IMG/VR virus record: IMGVR_UViG_3300023296_000800
DNA length: 63,448 bases
Reading direction: 5' to 3' (one strand)
Source of the DNA: a virus
Each line of letters begins with the position of its first letter. Within the stretch, counting starts at the first letter, position 1. A program made the position numbers and the translations under genes. The notes beneath the pieces are model-generated. The model was not told where the DNA came from. It saw nothing but the letters and a program-made list of their open reading frames with translations, and did not search any database. This document shows, piece by piece, positions 1-6,406 of the stretch.

Positions 1-138
1 TTGCTATTGATTGACTGGTGGGAACATGCATTTATTTTAGACTATGGCGCTGATAAGAAAAAATATCTTAAAGAAACATGGAAGATTATTAACTGGAACG
101 TAGTTTCAACACGATGGGGGCATACTGCAAAAAAATGA
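1..138 (+). CDS. sod: Fe/Mn superoxide dismutase, C-terminal part (5'-truncated by window)
   Basis: Frame 1 reads LLLIDWWEHAFILDYGADKKKYLKETWKIINWNVV...; DxWEHA metal-binding motif and INW tail; not in ORF track. Confidence 0.85.
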   Translation: MLLIDWWEHAFILDYGADKKKYLKETWKIINWNVVSTRWGHTAKK

Positions 139-455
139 TAACAATAACTGAAACCGCACAAGAAAAAATAACAGAAGTACTATTAGAAGAAACACCAGAA
201 ACTCGTTTACGCATGTATGTAACTGGGGGCGGTTGTTCAGGATTCCAGTATGGATTCTCTATCGAAGAGTCGCAAAGTGAAGATGATTTTGAAATACCTG
301 CAGGGACAACTAATGTATTAGTTGATTCATTATCTATGCAATATTTAGAAAATGCAATTGTCGATTTTAAAAATGATCTTAACGGTGCGCGATTCTCTAT
401 CAGTAATCCCAAAGCCAAAACCACATGTGGTTGTGGAAGTTCTTTCTCACCTTAA
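135..455 (+). CDS. erpA: A-type Fe-S cluster carrier ErpA/IscA (HesB family)
   Basis: GGGCSGFQYGF and CGCGSSF motifs; ATGA overlap with the sod stop fixes the start at 135. Confidence 0.93.
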   Translation: MITITETAQEKITEVLLEETPETRLRMYVTGGGCSGFQYGFSIEESQSEDDFEIPAGTTNVLVDSLSMQYLENAIVDFKNDLNGARFSISNPKAKTTCGCGSSFSP

Positions 456-478
456 TAACCTGGTTCTTTGTTTTTCGC

Positions 479-1114
479 TCAAAACCGATAATAGGTTTTC
501 AGAACGTCATTATTTAGACCTAAGTCAATAATGACTGGGCCACCTTTATATACGCCCCAGTTTGCCAGTCTAGCAAAATCACCAATTGGTATATCAAAAT
601 TTCCTACAAGGTCAACAAGAGCATCTATATTTTCATTATCCTCTTGTAGTTGTTCGTAACGAGACTCATCTGATTCCGAAGCCCCGCGTCGGCCAATCAA
701 GTATTCTAGCACTCCCTTTAGTTCATTATGACTGATACCACCAAAGAAATTTTTGAAATCATTAGGTTTCATTTTATCAGCAAACTCAACGTGAATCCAT
801 GTTGGCATATCATTCTCTTCATCAAAATCAATCATTGGTATCGTTATTCCTAGTCTCGAGGCATACGCATCGTCTAACATCTGGGCCTCATGACCATTTT
901 GGGCTAAACCCTTTTGATTCTTGGCAATTTTTAAGACCGTCTTACGACCTTCAAATTCAATAATGAAGGCTACACGTGATGAACCTACTCCAATTTGTTT
1001 TGCATGCTCCTTAGCATGTCTAATGCGTTGAGCAAACGGTACATTGCTTTTAAATTTAGATTTATCAAAATGATTGGGCAGTGGGACTTCAGTAATAATG
1101 TGCTTAATTTTCAT
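479..1114 (-). CDS. Protein kinase-like fold protein, possibly virion-packaged
   Basis: GxGSSR loop, VLKIAK lysine, D...ANWG and IIDLG motifs; start MKIKHIITE follows a GATAAATA motif. Confidence 0.6.
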   Translation of the reverse strand: MKIKHIITEVPLPNHFDKSKFKSNVPFAQRIRHAKEHAKQIGVGSSRVAFIIEFEGRKTVLKIAKNQKGLAQNGHEAQMLDDAYASRLGITIPMIDFDEENDMPTWIHVEFADKMKPNDFKNFFGGISHNELKGVLEYLIGRRGASESDESRYEQLQEDNENIDALVDLVGNFDIPIGDFARLANWGVYKGGPVIIDLGLNNDVLKTYYRF

Positions 1115-1119
1115 AGATG

Positions 1120-1151
1120 TATTTATCGGTTTTTCACCCCAGAGATAAATA
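1120..1151. promoter_or_regulatory. Divergent pair of T4-like late promoter motifs (GATAAATA)
   Basis: TATTTATC at 1120-1127 (minus) and GATAAATA at 1144-1151 (plus), each just upstream of a start codon; NTAAATA recurs upstream of many genes (e.g. 2097, 27450, 27926, 53623, 58199, 60698, 62547). Confidence 0.65.
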
Positions 1152-1174
1152 TAAGATAAGGAATAAAGATAACT

Positions 1175-2095
1175 ATGGCTATAACTGGAAAACAATCAAT
1201 TAGCGTTGGTCTACCCAACGAATCTGTGGGCAGTGACTCACTTTACTCTGCATTTACTAAAGTTAATGTAAACTTTGATACGTTGTTTGCTAATGCAAGT
1301 AACTTCAGCACTTTTACTCCTGGCGATGGCATAGGCATAACCGCTAATGCTAACACAGGCACGGTAGTTGTAACGAACACCGGTGTTTCAAGATTGCTTG
1401 CTGGCACAGGCGTTACTTTAAGTGGTACAACTGGTAACATCACGATTTCCACTGTCGGTAGCGGAGGAGGAAGTGGCACTGTTACTAGTGTAGGCATTTC
1501 CGCAAACTCTACTCGATTGACAGTCACTGGAAGCCCTATAGTCTCTTCCGGGACAATGGCACTAGACTTAGCAACAACTGGCGTCACAGCAGGTGCATAC
1601 GCGCAGGCGAACCTTACAGTAGATGCATACGGTAGAATCACAGCAGTTGCAAATGGTACTGCTGGTGGCACTGTTACCAGTGTAGGGTTAACTCCTAGCA
1701 CAGGCATCTCGGTATCAGGCGGTCCAATTACTGCAAGCGGTAATATCACAGTTACAAATACCGGTGTCACTCGATTAAACGCAGGGGCAGGTATTTCAGT
1801 AAGTGGTTCAAATGGAAATGTCACGGTAAGTTCAACAAACTCATCGGATGGTACAGTACAGAGTGTCAATGTCACCAGTAACACATTGTCCGTTACAGGC
1901 GGACCAATTACCACGATTGGATCAATCAATTTAGAAGTAGGTTCTATACCAATATACACAATAGCCGCGAAACCAGCAACCGGGGCCGTAGGACAGATGA
2001 TCGCTATCACAGATGCTCCAGTCGCAGGACAACCTGCTTTTTGGGACACAACAAATACTCGCTGGTCGTATACGGCCAATAATGCGGCAGTTTAA
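1175..2095 (+). CDS. Gly/Thr/Ser-rich tail-fibre/virion structural protein
   Basis: N-terminal GSDSLYSAFTKVNVNF baseplate/fibre-type motif; repeated GTVTSV / SGGPIT / NTGVTRL units; late promoter. Confidence 0.7.
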   Translation: MAITGKQSISVGLPNESVGSDSLYSAFTKVNVNFDTLFANASNFSTFTPGDGIGITANANTGTVVVTNTGVSRLLAGTGVTLSGTTGNITISTVGSGGGSGTVTSVGISANSTRLTVTGSPIVSSGTMALDLATTGVTAGAYAQANLTVDAYGRITAVANGTAGGTVTSVGLTPSTGISVSGGPITASGNITVTNTGVTRLNAGAGISVSGSNGNVTVSSTNSSDGTVQSVNVTSNTLSVTGGPITTIGSINLEVGSIPIYTIAAKPATGAVGQMIAITDAPVAGQPAFWDTTNTRWSYTANNAAV

Positions 2096-2127
2096 GAATA
2101 AATAATACTATTAGGGGATAATAGGCA

Positions 2128-2730
2128 ATGGCAACGAATATTAAAATAACAGAACTCACTGATATAACAAGTGCAAACATGACCTACAACGATTTAGTCG
2201 CGGTAGTAGACATGAACGGAACACCAGAAACTAAAAAATCAACAGTACAGTTACTTGGTAATCTTATACTAAGTGGAGCAGGCGGGTCATATTTTGCTCC
2301 AGCGGCTCTCGCAACTAGTGCCGCAACAGTAACAACTGCCGCACAACCTAACATCACATCAGTGGGTACGCTATCTGCTCTGACAGTAACTGCGGCAATC
2401 ACTGGTTCAGTAAGTGGCTCAGCCGCAACAGCGGCTACAGTAACAACTGCGGCACAGCCAAATATTACTTCTGTAGGTACACTCACTTCGCTTATCGTTA
2501 CAGGTAACATATCAGCATCACAATCAACTGCGACAATACATTCATCATCTTTGTATTCTAAACTGACACCAACAACAGTGTCGGGATTGCCTGTAGCAGG
2601 TACAGCAGGTGCTGGAGCAAGAGCAATGGTAACAGATTCTGGATCAACAACATTCAATGATGTAGCATCCGGTGGTGGCGCCACCACTATTCCAGTATTT
2701 TCTGATGGAACAGACTGGCGCATAGGATAA
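2128..2730 (+). CDS. Virion structural/fibre-like protein with AQPNITSVGTL repeats
   Basis: Two TVTTAAQPNITSVGTL repeats, KITEL N-terminus, SDGTDWRIG C-terminus; late promoter. Confidence 0.7.
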   Translation: MATNIKITELTDITSANMTYNDLVAVVDMNGTPETKKSTVQLLGNLILSGAGGSYFAPAALATSAATVTTAAQPNITSVGTLSALTVTAAITGSVSGSAATAATVTTAAQPNITSVGTLTSLIVTGNISASQSTATIHSSSLYSKLTPTTVSGLPVAGTAGAGARAMVTDSGSTTFNDVASGGGATTIPVFSDGTDWRIG

Positions 2731-2738
2731 TCTAAATT

Positions 2739-2815
2739 TGGTACACCCTGCAGGACTCGAACCTGCTACCCTTGGTTTAGAAAACCAATGCTCTATCCAG
2801 ATGAGCTAAGAGTGC
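2739..2815 (-). tRNA. tRNA-Arg(TCT)
   Basis: Cloverleaf; anticodon loop TTTCTAA; CCA encoded. Confidence 0.93.
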
Positions 2816-2822
2816 ATTAATT

Positions 2823-2898
2823 TGGTGCGTCTTGTTGGGATCGAACCAACTACCAGCGGATTAAAAGTCCGATGCTCTTCCAGATGAGCTAAAGACGC
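2823..2898 (-). tRNA. tRNA-Lys(TTT)
   Basis: Cloverleaf; loop CTTTTAA; CCA. Confidence 0.93.
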
Positions 2899-2906
2899 AT
2901 TGTTCT

Positions 2907-2991
2907 TGGTACGAAAGGAGAGACTCGAACTCTCACGGGTTGCCCCACTGGAACCTAAATCCAGCGTGTCTACCAATTTCACCACTCTCGC
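2907..2991 (-). tRNA. tRNA-Leu(TAG)
   Basis: Class II cloverleaf; loop TTTAGGT; CCA. Confidence 0.93.
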
Positions 2992-3057
2992 ATTTCAATT
3001 TATAATAGCATCATAACACAACTTCAGCGTCATGTACACTACTATTTGTTATATTTG

Positions 3058-3132
3058 AGCGTATACTCGGATTCGAACCGAGACTTAAAGGGTGGAAGCC
3101 TTTCGTGCTTAACCGTTAAACACTATACACGC
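3058..3132 (-). tRNA. tRNA-Gly(TCC)
   Basis: Cloverleaf; loop CTTCCAC; U73; followed by CAA rather than CCA. Confidence 0.9.
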
Positions 3133-3147
3133 ATAATTCTTTTCTTT

Positions 3148-3726
3148 CTAACTCACTCCTTCACTAAAATCAATGGCCATCTGTTTGGCATCGTCCATTG
3201 TTTCAGCAACCCACTCACCACGACCTAATGGGTTAATACGATCAATAGGATAAAGTGTTCCGCCTATCGTGTTGCGTAGCTTTTTGTTTGGAACAGTGTC
3301 TGAGTAGTCCCACTTTATATCGTAATACCGTTTACCATCTTGTTCAACAATAATACCATCACATCTACTATTTAGGTGGTATTCATTTGCCAAAAAGTCA
3401 ATCGCGGCTTGTTCTGCCTCTTCATCTGAGCTTGCCACATAATGGCAATCGGCTTTAGTACATGTTGACCCAACTTTAAAACCATAAATTGTTCGATGAC
3501 TCCAACCATACCATTTTTTATCTAGAGGACTATATCCTACGCCATGTGTTAGTTCTTCAGTTATTTCACGTTCAGCTAGGTGTTTTACATCATCTTCCAT
3601 GCCGACATGGGTGATATAACTACCATCAAAAATACTTTCGTACACGTTAGTGGGTGGCTCACTTTTTGGGCCAATCTGTATCATTGTTTTATATGCTACC
3701 TTATCTAACCATTCGGTAGTGTTCAT
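3148..3726 (-). CDS. Hypothetical protein within the tRNA cluster
   Basis: 192-aa ORF with GGAGA RBS; WYGWSHR motif. Confidence 0.75.
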   Translation of the reverse strand: MNTTEWLDKVAYKTMIQIGPKSEPPTNVYESIFDGSYITHVGMEDDVKHLAEREITEELTHGVGYSPLDKKWYGWSHRTIYGFKVGSTCTKADCHYVASSDEEAEQAAIDFLANEYHLNSRCDGIIVEQDGKRYYDIKWDYSDTVPNKKLRNTIGGTLYPIDRINPLGRGEWVAETMDDAKQMAIDFSEGVS

Positions 3727-3752
3727 ACGTCTTTCTCCATTATATAATTGTT

Positions 3753-3826
3753 TGGCATATCAGTGAGGAATCGAACCCCAGTCTAGGGGTTTGGAATCCC
3801 TCGTTCTGCCACTGAACTACTGACAT
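3753..3826 (-). tRNA. tRNA-Trp(CCA)
   Basis: Cloverleaf; loop TTCCAAA; CCA. Confidence 0.9.
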
Positions 3827-3834
3827 ATTAACAT

Positions 3835-3910
3835 TGGGGTGAGCAAAGGGATTCGAACCCTCGTTTTACAGGTTCACAACCTGCGGCTTTACCACTAAGC
3901 TACACTCACC
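3835..3910 (-). tRNA. tRNA-His(GTG)
   Basis: Cloverleaf with G-1:C73 8-bp acceptor; loop TTGTGAA. Confidence 0.92.
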
Positions 3911-3917
3911 ATTAATC

Positions 3918-3994
3918 TGGTCCGTTTATCAGGATTCGAACCTGAAGTCTGACGCTTCGTAGACGCCTGCTCTATCCAGTTGAGCTATAAACGG
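3918..3994 (-). tRNA. tRNA-Arg(ACG)
   Basis: Cloverleaf; loop CTACGAA; CCA. Confidence 0.9.
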
Positions 3995-4001
3995 TCTAAA
4001 T

Positions 4002-4075
4002 TGGCCTGTTTATCAGGGATCAAACCTGCTCAATCTTTGCGCTGAGATTGATGTTCTTCACTGAACAATAAACAG
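4002..4075 (-). ncRNA. Atypical tRNA-like RNA (7-bp anticodon stem, 8-nt loop, no variable region)
   Basis: CTGTTTA/TAAACAG acceptor plus GCCA; GTTC/GAAC D arm; TCAATCT-CAGCGCAA-AGATTGA arm; CAGG-TTTGATC-CCTG T arm. Confidence 0.65.
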
Positions 4076-4082
4076 TCTAAAT

Positions 4083-4159
<77 letters not shown>

Positions 4160-4165
4160 AATAAT

Positions 4166-4242
4166 TGGTCTAGGAGGTAGGATTTGAACCTACGACCTCT
4201 TCGTTCCAAACAAAGCACGCTACCAGACTGCGTTACTCCTAG
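4166..4242 (-). tRNA. tRNA-Pro(TGG), second copy with A37
   Basis: Cloverleaf; loop TTTGGAA; CCA. Confidence 0.88.
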
Positions 4243-4247
4243 ATAAT

Positions 4248-4417
4248 TTGTTATGATGAAAGATGTGGTTGTCGAATTCACAATCTTCACGGAAGTGTTC
4301 CAACTTCTACGATGTCTTACCTATTAGACGACCTTTCAATCAATGTTGGTGCAAACAAACGAGTACTCATCGATCTACACCACATGATCAGAACGCGCAT
4401 CCTGATCAAAGTCTTAA
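4248..4417 (-). ncRNA. Unknown modular ncRNA, copy 1 (tRNA-mimic 3' domain)
   Basis: AAGACTT-hairpin-hairpin-ACATTGATTGAAAGG...CTTTCATCATAACAAA, shared with two neighbours. Confidence 0.7.
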
Positions 4418-4418
4418 A

Positions 4419-4534
4419 TTTGTTATGATGAAAGAGCATGCGTCCATACCTTTTCATCAATGTCGGTGCAAGTTAAAGGCTAGTAAAACTTTTCACCCCC
4501 CGTTTAAAGCGTTTATTCCTTAAACTAAGTCTTA
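4419..4534 (-). ncRNA. Unknown modular ncRNA, copy 2 (tRNA-like domain reduced to one hairpin)
   Basis: Same termini and linker as copies 1 and 3; 5' end lies at the expected +1 of the 4540-4568 promoter. Confidence 0.7.
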
Positions 4535-4539
4535 GTCTT

Positions 4540-4568
4540 ATTGTAATATAATGATTACCCAAAGTCAA
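4540..4568 (-). promoter_or_regulatory. Sigma70-type promoter TTGACT-N17-TACAAT
   Basis: Near-consensus boxes; spacer begins TTGGGTAA. Confidence 0.8.
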
Positions 4569-4595
4569 CCTTTTTCTCGGTTGAATTTCATTAAA

Positions 4596-4740
4596 TTGTT
4601 ATGACTGAAAGGGTGTGGTATCGAACCACACTTCTTTCCGCTCCGGCGCGTCTTACCCATAGACGACCTTTCAATCAATGTCGGATACAATCATGTATTG
4701 TACCGCTCGTTTAAAGTGCGCACTTTAAACAAAGTCTTAA
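4596..4740 (-). ncRNA. Unknown modular ncRNA, copy 3 (tRNA-mimic 3' domain)
   Basis: TGAAAGG/CCTTTCA acceptor-like stem, GTCT/AGAC D arm, GTGTGG-TTCGATA-CCACAC T arm; no anticodon arm or CCA. Confidence 0.7.
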
Positions 4741-4814
4741 ATTAGTGAGGGTCTCTCCCCTCGGTCACGATTTCACTCGTCGGGTCGGCGCCGTCTTCAA
4801 CCGCGCATTAAAGT

Positions 4815-4889
4815 TGGCAGAGATGGGTGGGATCGAACCACCTCCTAGAGGGTTCAAAACCCCCCGCCTTCCCACTTGGCTACATCTCA
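4815..4889 (-). tRNA. tRNA-Gln(TTG)
   Basis: Cloverleaf; loop TTTTGAA; CCA. Confidence 0.9.
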
Positions 4890-4895
4890 ACTAAC

Positions 4896-4970
4896 TGGCT
4901 GGTAAGGTAGGGATCGAACCTACGACCTGGTGATTAACAGTCACCTGCACTGCCGCTGTGCTACTTACCA
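4896..4970 (-). tRNA. tRNA-Asn(GTT)
   Basis: Cloverleaf; loop CTGTTAA; CCA. Confidence 0.93.
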
Positions 4971-4979
4971 TTTGTAAAT

Positions 4980-5055
4980 TGGCGGTCTGGACGAGGATCG
5001 AACTCGCTGATTCTCCGCAGACAACGGAGCGCATTACCACTATTGCTACCAAACC
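4980..5055 (-). tRNA. tRNA-Asp(GTC)
   Basis: Cloverleaf; loop TTGTCTG; G73; CCA. Confidence 0.88.
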
Positions 5056-5091
5056 TTATTATATCTATATATCACTTTCTTACTTACAAAT

Positions 5092-5169
5092 TGGTTGCGG
5101 AGAGTTGGATTCGAACCAACGACCCTCGGATTATGAGTCCGACGCTCTGACCGACTGAGCTATCCCGCA
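5092..5169 (-). tRNA. tRNA-Met(CAT), initiator-like
   Basis: Loop CTCATAA; TCGGA/TCCGA stem and GCGGG acceptor resemble fMet tRNA. Confidence 0.85.
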
Positions 5170-5173
5170 TCAA

Positions 5174-5248
5174 TGGGGGAGTAGCGAGGAGTCGAACCTC
5201 TTTAACCGTGCGGGCAACTTGTTGCATTACCGCCAATAGGACTACTCC
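5174..5248 (-). ncRNA. Atypical CCA-ended tRNA-like RNA (8-bp acceptor / 4-bp T stem, no canonical D or anticodon arm)
   Basis: GGAGTAGT/GCTACTCC plus CCCA; GAGG-TTCGACT-CCTC; central GCGG..GCAAC-AA-GTTGC..CCGC helix. Confidence 0.6.
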
Positions 5249-5254
5249 ATAATC

Positions 5255-5330
5255 TGGTGGAGATATAAGGACTCGAACCTTAAACCGTCTCGTTGCAAAC
5301 GAGATGCACTACCAATTGTGCTATATCCCC
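5255..5330 (-). tRNA. tRNA-Ala(TGC)
   Basis: Cloverleaf; G3:U70; loop TTTGCAA; CCA. Confidence 0.93.
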
Positions 5331-5338
5331 TAAAATCT

Positions 5339-5420
5339 TGGTGGAGGCGATAGGTGTCGAACCTACACACTACTAACAATGATCAACTGTTAGCACACAC
5401 TTCCATCGTGCGAAACCCCC
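5339..5420 (-). ncRNA. tRNA-like RNA with Ala-type acceptor and 8-bp anticodon stem (loop TTGATCA)
   Basis: GGGGGT/GCCTCC-ACCA with G3:U70 and A73; GCTAACAG-TTGATCA-TTGTTAGT; GTAGG-TTCGACA-CCTAT. Confidence 0.7.
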
Positions 5421-5428
5421 TTTGTTCT

Positions 5429-5504
5429 TGGTGGATAGTACAGGCATCGAACCTGTGACCTATGCCTTGTAAGGGCACCGCTCTGCCGTCTGAGCTAACC
5501 ATCC
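5429..5504 (-). tRNA. tRNA-Val(TAC)
   Basis: Cloverleaf; loop CTTACAA; CCA. Confidence 0.93.
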
Positions 5505-5656
5505 TATAATTAATAATATCCTCTAATACCGGCCTGCATAAACACCGAACACCAGAGGATATTAAGTACCTCTTACAATAATAGATTGACACGTATCAAC
5601 TATTATTCTCTATCATCAGATAAGGTCTTTAGAGAATTTATTATCTAATATTACCT

Positions 5657-5685
5657 ATGATATCAGAAAGATAATCCTATGTCAA
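5657..5685 (-). promoter_or_regulatory. Sigma70-type promoter TTGACA-N17-TATCAT
   Basis: Near-consensus boxes inside the tRNA cluster. Confidence 0.75.
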
Positions 5686-5701
5686 CCTTTATCGCAATTT
5701 A

Positions 5702-5960
5702 ATAATCCTCTAATGGTTTCCACGTTCGAGACACTTTCACCATTAGAGGATGTCAGACATACAGGCAGTGATCAATCCTGCCTGGCTACACCATGTCAAC
5801 TCATAGATGTCTATTACACGACCTAGAACTTACACTTTCAGTCTTCGATGCAGACTTTCCTCATACCGACCGTAGTTCGCTTTCGCAGGCTCGATCTTAA
5901 ACCCTTGTTAAGACCCATGATGATCGTGGAGTCCCTCTAATATCCCTTGCAATGGATATC
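5702..5960 (-). ncRNA. Putative structured ncRNA (~260 nt) with TTGATCA-loop hairpin
   Basis: ORF-free, multiple stems; GTGTAGC-CAGGCAG-GATTGATCA-CTGCCTG; long terminal ATCCTCTAATGG/CCATTAGAGGAT helix. Confidence 0.5.
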
Positions 5961-5964
5961 AAAC

Positions 5965-6041
5965 TGGTAGTTCTGGTAGGGATTGAACCTACGACCTTCC
6001 CATTATGAGTGGGATGCTCTGACCAACTGAGCTACAGAACA
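5965..6041 (-). tRNA. tRNA with CAT anticodon (Ile2 or elongator Met)
   Basis: Cloverleaf; loop CTCATAA; body resembles the neighbouring tRNA-Ile(GAT). Confidence 0.85.
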
Positions 6042-6118
6042 ATTAAATCTTTTAATCAGATAGAGCCGTTACCGACAAACACCTCAGCTTAATCTGATTC
6101 CACCGAGGCTATATTAAT

Positions 6119-6193
6119 TGGTAGTTCCGACAGGACTTGAACCTATGTCTGTCGATTATCAGTCGAATGCTCTACCAACTGAGCTACGGAACT
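6119..6193 (-). tRNA. tRNA-Ile(GAT)
   Basis: Cloverleaf; loop CTGATAA; CCA. Confidence 0.9.
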
Positions 6194-6205
6194 ATTAAAT
6201 AATAA

Positions 6206-6302
6206 AGACCCCCAAGTTTGCGGATAGTAAACCATAGCCTCTGGGGGTACAACAGACAGTGATCAACTCTGTCTGGCTACACTGGGCGAGCCTTTGTGTA
6301 GT
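6206..6302 (-). ncRNA. Putative three-stem ncRNA with TTGATCA-loop hairpin
   Basis: CTACAC/GTGTAG stem, CAGACAG-AGTTGATCA-CTGTCTG, ACCCCCAG/TTGGGGGT terminal stem; covaries with 5762-5791. Confidence 0.55.
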
Positions 6303-6308
6303 CTTTTT

Positions 6309-6399
6309 TGGAGGAGAAAGAGGGATTCGAACCCTCGATACGCTATTAACATATAAACCCTTAGCAGGGGTTCGCCTTCAACCACTCAGCCATTTCTCC
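6309..6399 (-). tRNA. tRNA-Ser(GCT)
   Basis: Class II cloverleaf; loop CTGCTAA; CCA. Confidence 0.92.
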
Positions 6400-6406
6400 T
6401 AATAAA

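Noticed and set aside
1243-2723. Long antisense ORFs (1243-2079, 2184-2723) and similar shadows opposite clpX, rtcB, the ligase and the subtilase
   Set aside because: Antisense shadows of genuine genes caused by codon bias; no RBS or motifs.
3148-3726. Homing endonuclease in the tRNA cluster
   Set aside because: No GIY-YIG, HNH or LAGLIDADG motif is recognisable.
4248-4740. CRISPR-like repeat-spacer array
   Set aside because: Only three imperfect units with long structured interiors of unequal length; no cas genes.
5339-5420. Possible tmRNA (3' end ...CTCCACCA with G3:U70)
   Set aside because: The acceptor closes within 82 nt, leaving no tag ORF or pseudoknots; kept as a tRNA-like RNA.
5851-5862. 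GAGGAAAGTC on the minus strand resembling RNase P RNA P4
   Set aside because: No 3' partner (AACAGAA..CGGCTTA-like) found; AGTCT pairs locally with AGACT.
6054-6112. Theta/HDV-like ribozyme or SAM-II/SAM-V/preQ1 riboswitch
   Set aside because: P3/L3 and ligand-core consensus sequences are missing; kept as an unassigned pseudoknot.
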